A DNA stretch of 32,000 bases from Pirellula staleyi DSM 6068. GTDB lineage: Bacteria; Planctomycetota; Planctomycetia; Pirellulales; Pirellulaceae. Each line of letters begins with the position of its first letter. The stretch's first letter is position 1. The position numbers were made by a program, and so were the translations under genes. The notes beneath the pieces are model-generated. The model saw only the letters and a program-made list of their open reading frames with translations. It had not been told where the DNA came from and did not search any database. The DNA lies in the NCBI GenBank assembly GCA_000025185.1, contig CP001848.1, positions 1,920,001 through 1,952,000 on the forward strand. Reading direction: 5' to 3'. This document shows, one piece after another, positions 11,437 through 19,691 of this stretch.

Positions 11437-11910
11437 AGCTTCTAGCAACCTTTCTGACGGCGGGAATCGATCGACTGAGGCTCAGCAGGGGCGAGTCATC
11501 AGTGGATCAAGACAGACAAAACCCAGGACGCACGATTTTGTAGCGAGGCTGGAACAGGGTCTGCCGGAAGAGAATTTGAGCGCAATTTATGCGCGCGGAA
11601 CTCCCTGGGCGGGCCCAGCCTTCGGTGTAAAATCCAGCGAATTTACCATCGTTTGCGGCAGCGCTTCAAGGGGCAGGAGAGCTGCAGAAACGTCGCGCAC
11701 CGCTTTGTAATTTGGGGTGGCGTTACAAGCGTTGATTGGCGAAGGGGTTAGGCTGGATGCGGATGTGTGCAAAGAAACCAGAAATTTCCGCGTCGCCACG
11801 GATTTCGCGAAATCGGCGTAGCAAAACCGGCGTCGCGAGCCTTCGGCGTTCGCGATCATCGGTCCGCAATTGGACCACCAGCTTTGTGAAGACAGCCCCG
11901 GGGCTTGTGC

Positions 11911-12822
11911 TTACAGAGCCGCTGGATCGGGCGAGCTTCCTGCTGCTCGGTTGCAGAGAGCACGAAAGGTGCTCGGGTCGATTCTGTAGCTCAGTTTTCT
12001 GACAGAACCATCGACAAACACAAACTGCGCAATCCCCGAATGGGGGCCACCAAAGCGATGGGAGTAGGTGGTGGTATCGCGGCGATCACGTGCCGGAATC
12101 GAGTTGCTCCAGCGGATGGTGTCCCAGTCCCAGCCGTCGATGTAGCCGTTGTTCTCGTCAGCGGCTTGTAAAGGATCGGCTGCAAAGTAGCGATTGTATT
12201 GTCGCTCGCCTAGCAAGATCGTCGAACCGGCACCATCCTTGATGTCGGAGAGATTAATTCGCTTCGTGGTTTTAATGGGCTGGATCACCCCATCGACCCC
12301 GTTCTCGTTGTTGAGCGCGGGGAACAGCGTGGAGCTATATCCACCGTTGCCTGCGTAGTCGAGAGCGCCCCGCAGTGTGCGATCGGCCAGGCCGTTGGTG
12401 ATGCCCGGCAGGGCAACGGGTCGTCGACGGCTGGGGCAGAAGTAGACCGGTATGATGGCAGCAGCAGCTTTGGCATCGTCGGTGTTTTCGTAGGCCGCTT
12501 GTTGCTCTAGGAAGGGAAGAATTTGATAGGCCCAGCCCCAGTTTTGCTTGAAGCTGCGGAGTGGCGCACCGTTGGAGGCCTTGGTGCGTTTGTAGGTCCA
12601 GTGGGCACCGCCACTAGGGAGGAGTTCCCACTGCGTGTGATGCAACTGAGCGGCATGCCCCATCTGTTTGAGATGGTTGGCACACTGCGCGATGCGGGCT
12701 GATTCGCGAACCGACTGAACCGCAGGCAGCAGCAACGCGACGAGCACTGCGATGATGGCAATCACCACCAGCAGTTCGACGATAGTGAAGCCATTATTCG
12801 GGCGTGCAGAGCGGATCGTCAT
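11911..12822 (-). CDS. prepilin-type N-terminal cleavage/methylation domain protein, DUF1559 family with H-X9-DG motif
   Basis: It has a class III signal (NNG|[29 protein letters not shown]) and a C-terminal HSGIAQFVFVDG that fits H-X9-DG. The start is set at ATG 12822 (MTIRSARPNNGF), which removes overlap with the upstream ORF. Confidence 0.85.
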   Translation of the reverse strand: MTIRSARPNNGFTIVELLVVIAIIAVLVALLLPAVQSVRESARIAQCANHLKQMGHAAQLHHTQWELLPSGGAHWTYKRTKASNGAPLRSFKQNWGWAYQILPFLEQQAAYENTDDAKAAAAIIPVYFCPSRRRPVALPGITNGLADRTLRGALDYAGNGGYSSTLFPALNNENGVDGVIQPIKTTKRINLSDIKDGAGSTILLGERQYNRYFAADPLQAADENNGYIDGWDWDTIRWSNSIPARDRRDTTTYSHRFGGPHSGIAQFVFVDGSVRKLSYRIDPSTFRALCNRAAGSSPDPAAL

Positions 12823-12922
12823 AAAAAACTTCCTGGCTTCCGAATCGATGGGCCTGGCTTTGGGCTTCAGCCGACTACTCAGATCGCGGTTCGCTCGGTG
12901 GAGGTGTGCTGGTGCTGCGGGA

Positions 12923-13381
12923 TTACTTGGGAAGTCCATATTCGGCGAGTTGCTGGTCGCTCAGGATGGCATAGCCCATCAAGTTGATGGCATAGCGTTC
13001 GCCCCCCGCTCCTTGCGCTTCATAGGCAATCAGAGGTGGTGGCAGGTCGAAGCCTTCGGCAAACGGATTCACGTTCCAAAGAATCACGTACGGCTGCTGA
13101 TCGCGGGGCGAAATCAAAAGCGTGTCGACATCTCCCGCCAGAGCCAGGTGCGGTTTGAGTTCCTCCAGATTGCGTGGAGGATGGCCAAGTTTGGTTGTCG
13201 CTTCGAGGTAGGCGTCGTAGATCTTGCCCAGAGGTGCAGAGTGGTCGACTGTCATGGGGGGTGCTGACGCACCACAGCCGAGCAGCGCAATGGCTGAGAA
13301 AAGTACGAGCAGAAGAGGGGCTGAGAAAGCAGCTTTGCAGTGAGATTCGACAAACAGCATCGCGAACGGTTCCAGTCGCAT
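12923..13381 (-). CDS. hypothetical lipoprotein
   Basis: It has a hydrophobic signal ending in the lipobox-like ALLGC. It is co-oriented with, and 100 nt upstream of, the DUF1559 gene. The start is ambiguous among GTG 13390, ATG 13381 and a later ATG. Confidence 0.5.
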   Translation of the reverse strand: MRLEPFAMLFVESHCKAAFSAPLLLVLFSAIALLGCGASAPPMTVDHSAPLGKIYDAYLEATTKLGHPPRNLEELKPHLALAGDVDTLLISPRDQQPYVILWNVNPFAEGFDLPPPLIAYEAQGAGGERYAINLMGYAILSDQQLAEYGLPK

Positions 13382-13595
13382 AGCGACCACCGCGCACTAT
13401 GTTCGGCTAGGTGCATGGAAAAACGTGCGCCGAACAGAAGTTGTGGCTGATGTGAGGCTCAAACAGGAATCTGTTTTTGGAATACCTCACCACCGGGGGG
13501 CCGCTGCTGTCGAGGATTATGGCCAAGCTGAAATCTGTATGCAAGTTTATTTCAGCTCCATTGCGCGACCCGTCTCGCAGCTGGCCACCGCGCAG

Positions 13596-13627
13596 CAAAA
13601 AGGGCTGAAGCGCGAACCTCAGCCCTT
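13596..13627 (-). terminator. Rho-independent terminator downstream of the 13666..14097 lipoprotein gene
   Basis: On the minus strand the stem AAGGGCTGA/TCAGCCCTT (9 bp, 10-nt loop) is followed by TTTTGCTG. It begins about 39 nt after the stop codon. Confidence 0.55.
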
Positions 13628-13665
13628 GGAATGGATCGTTGGCAGAGCAACTGCTCGGCAAGTGC

Positions 13666-14097
13666 CTAGCGAACGCGCTCGAAGCGCATGGCACCGATGT
13701 CGGCAACTTCGGTCTTCAGTGGCATGTAGAAGGTGTCGTCCCCATCGAATTCGATGTTGATGTCCTTCGGCTCGCCACCCTTCTCATGCGACCGAATCTT
13801 CAGCAGGTTGGCGTCCTGGCTGACGAGTTCCCAGGTGCCGAGGCTGTCTTGGGGCTGATCCCCTTGAAAAGCGGTGAGGACCATCGCCCCATCGGCGGCG
13901 AACTCGAAGCCCATTTCCATCGATTCGAGTTGAGCAATCTGGTCGGGCTTCAGCTTGCCAGCGACCGCTTCGGTGTCGACCACCATGCGGCCATACCAGC
14001 GACCGGGAAGCTTTTCGACAGGAGCAGGACCGCTCGAACCGCAACCGGTGTACGAGATCGAAAGGGTCAAAAGCAGTAGTGCAAAAATCCGTTTCAT
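13666..14097 (-). CDS. small lipoprotein, lipocalin-like (paralog A)
   Basis: The signal plus lipobox is MKRIFALLLLTLSISYTGC. GGGAGG lies 8 nt upstream of ATG 14097. The protein is alignable by eye with the neighbouring ORF (G-x-W motifs, shared strand pattern). Confidence 0.6.
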   Translation of the reverse strand: MKRIFALLLLTLSISYTGCGSSGPAPVEKLPGRWYGRMVVDTEAVAGKLKPDQIAQLESMEMGFEFAADGAMVLTAFQGDQPQDSLGTWELVSQDANLLKIRSHEKGGEPKDINIEFDGDDTFYMPLKTEVADIGAMRFERVR

Positions 14098-14203
14098 GGC
14101 CATAGCCTCCCTGCGAGATACGTGGATGCCAACTCCCTGGCACCTCTGTGTTATAGCTGATCGTTAACTCCCCACTTGGTTCCGCGAAGAAACAAGTGTG
14201 GCG

Positions 14204-14656
14204 TTAGGGTTTTTTGCGTACGAACGGGAACGTCAAAGCGGGGCCCACGGGGCTGATGCCAGTGGGCGGAATCGCCTCGATATGATCGTTGTCGACGAAC
14301 ACGACTTTCATCTCGCGTTCGCTCGCTTCATTTTCGAGTTTGACCATCAGAAGAAGCGTTGTCCCTTCTTCTTTGACGAACCGCCACGATCCTTTCACGG
14401 TCTTGGATTGCCCCAAGAAGGTGCCATCGACCGTGCAGTTGCCATCCCCTTGGAAGGTGAGGTTCAACTTCAAACCGCTCAGAATCGGCCCGGCAACCAG
14501 CGCGAGTGGATCGCCTTTAAGCTTTTCCTGGGCGGCAGGAATATCAACTTCCCACGTTCCTACAAGTTTCGCAGCGGGACTGCAGCCAGTCAGGACCGCC
14601 ATGTATGCGAGCCCCACGACAGCTGCCAGTGCGACAAACAATCGCCACGAACGCAT
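14204..14656 (-). CDS. small lipoprotein, lipocalin-like (paralog B)
   Basis: The signal plus lipobox is MRSWRLFVALAAVVGLAYMAVLTGC. GAAGGAG lies about 9 nt upstream of ATG 14656, so the tracked ORF 14204..14725 is probably over-extended. Confidence 0.65.
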   Translation of the reverse strand: MRSWRLFVALAAVVGLAYMAVLTGCSPAAKLVGTWEVDIPAAQEKLKGDPLALVAGPILSGLKLNLTFQGDGNCTVDGTFLGQSKTVKGSWRFVKEEGTTLLLMVKLENEASEREMKVVFVDNDHIEAIPPTGISPVGPALTFPFVRKKP

Positions 14657-15123
14657 GTTTCTAATCTCCTTCGTGGCGAAATGCTCAGCTGCACGACGTT
14701 CAAAGTCGTCACGGCGCGCATGCACTCACTCTGCTGTATAGATCGACCGATGGCGGGCACTTTATCGAGCCCAGTATCCCCTAACAACGGCAAAACCGTC
14801 ATAAGCCGGATTTGAAGGCTGGCAGCAGCTAGCAGCATTCACCGAGGCGGGGCGACAGTTCATTGCCCCGTTGCAGCGGAAAGTAAATCGCAAAAAATCG
14901 CCCACGAATTCCACCCAGCCTGCCATCGCCCGATTCGGGATCGAGCCAGCCCTGCTCCGCAGGCCATTCAGGATGCTCGTCGATTCTCTGTAAGTCCCTA
15001 TAGCATAAATGTTTGTGCCGTCATCACCCTGCGGGGGACAAGCCTCTCCTCAAAAGGTTGACGATGGGCCAGCCCCTGGGGCGCGACCCTTTTGCAAGTG
15101 AATTGCGGCCTCTTGACTAATAG

Positions 15124-15200
15124 TTGACAAGTGTTTTGAATAATCAAAAGATGTTTTTGGTCAATCAAAATAATTCAAGTCGATTATTCAAAATTCACGA
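15124..15200 (+). promoter_or_regulatory. AT-rich candidate promoter/operator region upstream of the DUF1559 gene
   Basis: GC is about 26% by hand count over 15121..15200. TTGACT (15113) and TTGACA (15124) boxes are present. AATCAAAA/ATTCAAAA-type motifs occur three times at roughly 20-23 bp spacing. A 12/13 inverted repeat pairs TTTTGAATAATCA (15134..15146) with CGATTATTCAAAA (15181..15193). Confidence 0.35.
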
Positions 15201-15207
15201 GGCTGCG

Positions 15208-16230
15208 ATGCAAGCAAGGGTGCCGAAGCGACAATTCGTCGCACTAAAGCTGAATTTATCCAGGCCACAGCGACGGGGGTTCACGCTGGTTGAACTGCTG
15301 GTGGTGATCGCTATCATCGGCGTGCTCGTCGCGCTGCTGCTCCCAGCGGTTCAGGCCGCTCGAGAAGCAGCCCGGCGCATGAGCTGCACCAATCAGTTGA
15401 AGCAGCAGGGACTCGCCCTGCACAACTACCACGACTCCCTCGGCTGTTTTCCTTCCGCCTACGTCGTCGACACCGCTCATCCGTCGCGCACTTCCACCTA
15501 CGACGCTCCCCCCGGCTATGCCTGGGGAATGCTTCTCCTCCCCTACCTCGAACTGCAAACCCTGCACGCCAAGTTCAACACCTCGCTCCCCGCCAGCGAT
15601 CCTTCGAACGCCGCCGCTGCTGCCACCAAGGTGCAAGTCTTCCTCTGCCCGTCGGCCAGTGGCAACACCACACCAGCCTTTGCCGTGGTCAACGGATCGG
15701 GCTCTACACTCGCCACGTTCAGCCGCTCGAACTACGTCGCCAACACCGGCCAGGATGAAGCGTGGGGCTACACGCTTGCCGATCACAGCACGGTTTCCGA
15801 TGGGCCAATCTTTCGCAACAGCAGCACGCGATTTGGTGACATCACCGATGGCCTCTCGCAGACCGTTTTTATTGGCGAGCACAGCAGTGTGCTTTCGAGC
15901 AAGACGTGGGTCGGTGTCGTCCCCGATGCTGCAGTCTGCGCTAACAACCCCCAGAAGTTCCCCATCACCGAGTGCGACGGCGCGGCCACGCTCGTATGCG
16001 TCCATGCGGGACCGGCAGCGGCCGAGATTGATCCCGACACCGGCTTTGCGCCGATTCATCCCCCCAACAGCCCGCTGTGTCACGTTTGCCAGATGTATTC
16101 CGAGCATCCCGGCGGCGCAAATGTCTTATTGGGAGATGGTAGTGTCCGATTTGTGTCGCAAATGATCCATCAGCCCACCTGGGCAGCGCTGGCTAGTCGC
16201 AATAAAGGCGACGTGGTGAAAGAGTATTAA
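15208..16230 (+). CDS. prepilin-type N-terminal cleavage/methylation domain protein, DUF1559 family with H-X9-DG motif
   Basis: It has RRG|[33 protein letters not shown] and a C-terminal [12 protein letters not shown] that fits H-X9-DG. ATG 15208 is preceded by GAGG. The tracked 15124 start would translate the AT-rich island and is unlikely. Confidence 0.85.
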   Translation: MQARVPKRQFVALKLNLSRPQRRGFTLVELLVVIAIIGVLVALLLPAVQAAREAARRMSCTNQLKQQGLALHNYHDSLGCFPSAYVVDTAHPSRTSTYDAPPGYAWGMLLLPYLELQTLHAKFNTSLPASDPSNAAAAATKVQVFLCPSASGNTTPAFAVVNGSGSTLATFSRSNYVANTGQDEAWGYTLADHSTVSDGPIFRNSSTRFGDITDGLSQTVFIGEHSSVLSSKTWVGVVPDAAVCANNPQKFPITECDGAATLVCVHAGPAAAEIDPDTGFAPIHPPNSPLCHVCQMYSEHPGGANVLLGDGSVRFVSQMIHQPTWAALASRNKGDVVKEY

Positions 16231-16231
16231 G

Positions 16232-16642
16232 ATGCCACGATCACAAGCGACTCAGTACACCTTTAGCGTCCTATTGCTACTTGCCAGTTGCGCAGGCTTC
16301 CTACTGATTGGCTGCTCGCGTCAGCCTGTGGTGGAGCACAATAATTTGCATCTCGTCGCCTCGCTTCGCACTGCCTGTTCGGCCCAAAACGAAACTTGGC
16401 TCTTAGGGGTCGAGCGTGCTGTCGTGAAACGTTTCGATGAAGGTGCGATGAGCGAAACGGAGCGCGACGAGTTCACACGCCTGATCGCACTCGCTAAGTC
16501 GGGCGACTGGCAATCGGCCGAATCGGCCTGTTTTTCCTGGGAAAAAGCCCAACTCTCCCGCACTCGCGCCGCTCCGGACGAAGATTCTCACTCGCACAGC
16601 CACGATCACCTCCACACCCACGCCAGCGAAGTTGGTAAGTAG
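16232..16642 (+). CDS. hypothetical lipoprotein with His-rich C-terminal tail
   Basis: Its ATG lies 1 nt after the DUF1559 stop (TAAGATG). The signal has the lipobox-like LLIGC. The tail is DEDSHSHSHDHLHTHASE (16577..16630). Confidence 0.6.
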   Translation: MPRSQATQYTFSVLLLLASCAGFLLIGCSRQPVVEHNNLHLVASLRTACSAQNETWLLGVERAVVKRFDEGAMSETERDEFTRLIALAKSGDWQSAESACFSWEKAQLSRTRAAPDEDSHSHSHDHLHTHASEVGK

Positions 16643-16742
16643 CCTCGACAATCTGCTAGGCTGTAGCTACCAAGTTGGTGCCTTCTAACTAAGCTCGCTA
16701 CAGAGGTGGTGCAGTGGAAATGCGATTCTGCCGTGGCTCGTT

Positions 16743-17084
16743 GTGATCGGATTGCCCATCGCCTGGCTGATCTCGGAATTCTATCCCTATCGTCACCTGC
16801 GCATCGCGCTTGGGATCGCCGCGATTTCGTCGAGTATCATTGTCGCGGTGGTTGTAGGATCGCTTGCGCATTTTGATGCGAACGCATGGTATGGTGGCGC
16901 ATCAAAGAACCTGATCGACGCCTCCATCGCTGAGCTCGAAAAAGGAGATTCGGAGGCACTGCTCAAGGAGCTTAAAGTGCTTCAGTCGGAGTTTCAGCCC
17001 ACCTACGAGAACCGTGCTCGTTACGACGAACTCGTCCGAGAGTTTGTGCAGCGACTTGATCACGAATATGTCAATCAGCCTTGA
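16743..17084 (+). CDS. hypothetical membrane protein
   Basis: Two N-terminal hydrophobic segments are followed by a helical, charged C-terminus. The start is uncertain (GTG 16743 or upstream CTG 16728). No family was recognised. Confidence 0.4.
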   Translation: MIGLPIAWLISEFYPYRHLRIALGIAAISSSIIVAVVVGSLAHFDANAWYGGASKNLIDASIAELEKGDSEALLKELKVLQSEFQPTYENRARYDELVREFVQRLDHEYVNQP

Positions 17085-17461
17085 TTGCTAGAACCTGATT
17101 GGAAAGCCGACCATTAACGTGTCTTTAAAAAGACTTTTAGGCTACGAGCAAAGCACGCTTATTCTTGTCGTGCATTAGCTAATGGTGCTGGCAGCAGTTT
17201 GGCCCCGCCGATGGCGATTGCAACCAAAAATACTTGGAGTATCCCACCTGCCTCAACCATGTTGCTCATACGCACCAGGGGCGATGGACGACATCTTGGT
17301 TTGTAAAAACCGACTATGATTTTGGGTTCAATGAGTGGTACTTTCAATCGGATGCCGACTTGGCCGCGTTTCTCGCTTGGGTTCCTAACTTAAACTGGGG
17401 CGAGAAGTTTCCTCAGCAACACTGATTGACCTTGAGCCGTTATAGCCAGCACTCATCGCCC

Positions 17462-17989
17462 ATGATCGTTATTCAAGTCATTCACGCACGGTGGACAAAA
17501 CAAGCCCGTGGTGGACGACTCGCCGCGCTGAGAAATCGCTTGCCCAAAGAGCTGCCGATTTTCACTGGCGAAAGTGTTTCCGACCTATTGCTGCAACGCA
17601 TTGATTTCAGTGATGCGGATTCCTTTTCAAATCCCAAGCAATCGGTGACGGCGCTACCACGCGAACCAAGTCACTGGAGCGGGGGAAATTTGGAGGTTCA
17701 CTGGCTCGCCGATAGCGTGCAACTTCACTATCGCTATCAAACCGGCGCTCCCAAGCAACTCTTCTTTCGGAAGGGTGGCGGCGCCACTACCGCACACCAC
17801 GTCATCGGAATCATCCCCGGCCATTGGGGCTCGATCGAGTACAATCAGCGACACACCGACCTCGACACTGGCCAGTGGTGGTACGAGCACGTAGTTGTGA
17901 ATGTCGCTTCTGGGAACACTATTCAAGAAGACTATTTTCTTCGAATGGCGCCCATCGAGCGATATCGCAGAATCTCGTTGCTCTGGTGA
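17462..17989 (+). CDS. hypothetical protein (possibly the 3' part of an interrupted gene)
   Basis: The ORF is open from 17426, and the first ATG is at 17462. It is in the same frame as ORF 17234..17425 and separated from it by one TGA. No family was recognised. Confidence 0.35.
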   Translation: MIVIQVIHARWTKQARGGRLAALRNRLPKELPIFTGESVSDLLLQRIDFSDADSFSNPKQSVTALPREPSHWSGGNLEVHWLADSVQLHYRYQTGAPKQLFFRKGGGATTAHHVIGIIPGHWGSIEYNQRHTDLDTGQWWYEHVVVNVASGNTIQEDYFLRMAPIERYRRISLLW

Positions 17990-18031
17990 AGACGTTGGCA
18001 ACTCTGTTTTGATTCAGTTGGGAAACTTCGC

Positions 18032-18337
18032 GTGCCTTTGAATTTGCTGCTGATAGTGGCAGCTGTTGGTGTGGTGATGAGCCTGATCACGTTGGTTGTC
18101 TATGCGATCGACAAATCGGCGGCTCAGCGCGGCGGGCGGCGCGTGCCTGAGAACACACTGCATCTCCTTGCGCTCTTGGGTGGTTGGCCCGGCGCACTCT
18201 TGGCCCAGCGTTGGCTCCGCCATAAGTCGATCAAGGTTCCGTTTTTGATCCTCTTTTGGATCACCGCGATACTAAACATCGCCGTTACTGCATTGCTTCT
18301 CTCTCCCTACGGCCTACAGCTCTTGGGACTCGGCTAG
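18032..18337 (+). CDS. DUF1294 domain-containing membrane protein
   Basis: The sequence AIDKSAAQRGGRRVPENTLHLLALLGGWPGALLAQRWLRHKS matches my recollection of the DUF1294 signature (R-I/V-PE-x-x-L, LGGWPGA, RHK). It is about 100 aa with three hydrophobic helices. Confidence 0.75.
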   Translation: MPLNLLLIVAAVGVVMSLITLVVYAIDKSAAQRGGRRVPENTLHLLALLGGWPGALLAQRWLRHKSIKVPFLILFWITAILNIAVTALLLSPYGLQLLGLG

Positions 18338-18574
18338 TCAGCAGGAAGCGACCTTAACGGCGGCTCGTTTCGCCGTCTCGGTTGAGCCTCGCAATTGCCC
18401 TCTGCAACCAGTTGCACCTGGCGCGTGGCTACGCAAAAATGGCGGGCTCGATTAGTGGCAAAGTTGGCGTCCGCAGGGGCGGCTTTAGCGGTTGCCTGCG
18501 TGCCACTCGTCGACTGAATCGTCACCAACGCTTACTGCACACCTTTCCATACGTTCCTCAGGAGTTTTCGCGCT

Positions 18575-19573
18575 ATGGCACGACCGGTTACCCTCTTCAC
18601 CGGACAATGGGCCGACCTTCCGATCGAGCAAATGGCTCGCAAAACCAAGGATTTTGGCTACGACGGTATCGAACTCGCCTGCTGGGGCGATCACTTCGAA
18701 GTCGACAAGGCTTTGTCGGACGATGGCTACTGCGCCCGCAAGCGCGAGCTGCTCGACAGCTTGGATCTGCAGTGCCACGCGATCAGTGCTCACCTGGTGG
18801 GGCAAGCGGTTTGCGACATTATCGACGAGCGTCACAAGGCGATTCTGCCGCCCCATGTGTGGGGCGATGGCAAGCCAGCGGGTGTGAACGAAAGAGCTGC
18901 TGAAGAGCTGAAAAACACAGCCCGCGCGGCCAAGAAGTTCGGCGTGTCGGTGGTGAACGGTTTCACTGGTAGCAGCATTTGGCACCTGCTGTATTCGTTC
19001 CCGCCCGTTCCCGGCAAGATGATCGACGACGGCTTTAAGCTGTTCGCCGACCGCTTCAATCCGATCCTCGACGTGTTCGCCGAATGCGGCGTTCGCTTCG
19101 CCCTCGAAGTGCACCCGACCGAGATCGCGTTTGACATCTACACCGCCCAGCGGGCTCTCGAAGCGCTCGACCATCGACCTGAGTTCGGCTTCAACTTCGA
19201 TCCAAGCCACTTGCACTGGCAGGGGGTCGATTCGGTCGAGTTCATCCGCGCGTTTCCCGACCGGATCTATCACGTTCACATGAAGGATGCGATTGTCACG
19301 CTGAACGGCCGCAGCGGCATTTTGGCCAGCCACATCAACTTTGGCGACTACCGCCGAGGCTGGGACTTCCGTAGCCCAGGTCGCGGAACGGTGAATTTCG
19401 AAGAGATCATTCGCGAGCTGAACCGGGTCGGCTACACCGGCCCGCTGTCGGTGGAATGGGAAGATAGCGGCATGGAACGCGAATTTGGTGCTCGCGAAGC
19501 AGCCACTTTCGTGAAAACGAAGGACTTCGCCGCTAGTGGCCGCGCGTTCGACGCTGCGTTCGAGAAAGAATAG
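18575..19573 (+). CDS. sugar phosphate isomerase/epimerase family protein (xylose isomerase-like TIM barrel)
   Basis: Family-like motifs are [48 protein letters not shown] and [17 protein letters not shown] lies about 12 nt upstream of the ATG. Confidence 0.8.
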   Translation: MARPVTLFTGQWADLPIEQMARKTKDFGYDGIELACWGDHFEVDKALSDDGYCARKRELLDSLDLQCHAISAHLVGQAVCDIIDERHKAILPPHVWGDGKPAGVNERAAEELKNTARAAKKFGVSVVNGFTGSSIWHLLYSFPPVPGKMIDDGFKLFADRFNPILDVFAECGVRFALEVHPTEIAFDIYTAQRALEALDHRPEFGFNFDPSHLHWQGVDSVEFIRAFPDRIYHVHMKDAIVTLNGRSGILASHINFGDYRRGWDFRSPGRGTVNFEEIIRELNRVGYTGPLSVEWEDSGMEREFGAREAATFVKTKDFAASGRAFDAAFEKE

Positions 19574-19691
19574 TTTTCGTCCCCAACCGGGGTGAAACGC
19601 ACTTTTTGGGGCAAAATCGGATAGCCGCGGGTAAAAACGTCGCGGTTATCTGTTGCCCGCAGCAGGACTTACGTAGTAGACTATAGGGCTA

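Noticed and set aside
8503-11445. A 980-codon ORF on the plus strand, exactly antisense to carB. Similar long antisense ORFs occur at 754..2520 (metH), 15256..16107 (DUF1559), 18485..19333 (TIM-barrel gene) and 19716..20258 (infC).
   Set aside because: Their translations are low-complexity and Arg/Gly/His/Asp-rich with no recognisable motifs. The opposite strands encode unmistakable conserved proteins. Long stop-free antisense frames are a known by-product of GC-rich codon bias.
11378-12002. ORFs 11378..11710 (+), 11587..11859 (-) and 11736..12002 (+) in the carB upstream region.
   Set aside because: They are mutually overlapping, have no motifs, SD or signal features, and their composition looks non-coding.
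13407-13760. ORFs 13407..13706 (-) and 13425..13760 (+) between the lipoprotein genes.
   Set aside because: They span a terminator hairpin (13596..13627) and a 9-bp perfect inverted repeat (AGCTGAAAT/ATTTCAGCT, 13526..13557), and they overlap the 3' end of the real lipoprotein gene. They are most likely intergenic.
17159-17347. A minus-strand 62-codon ORF with a hydrophobic core (ILQVFLVAIAIGGAKLL), considered as a possible small membrane toxin.
   Set aside because: It has only a TTG start and no SD, and it overlaps the plus-strand frame. Evidence is insufficient; it is mentioned under the interrupted-ORF finding.
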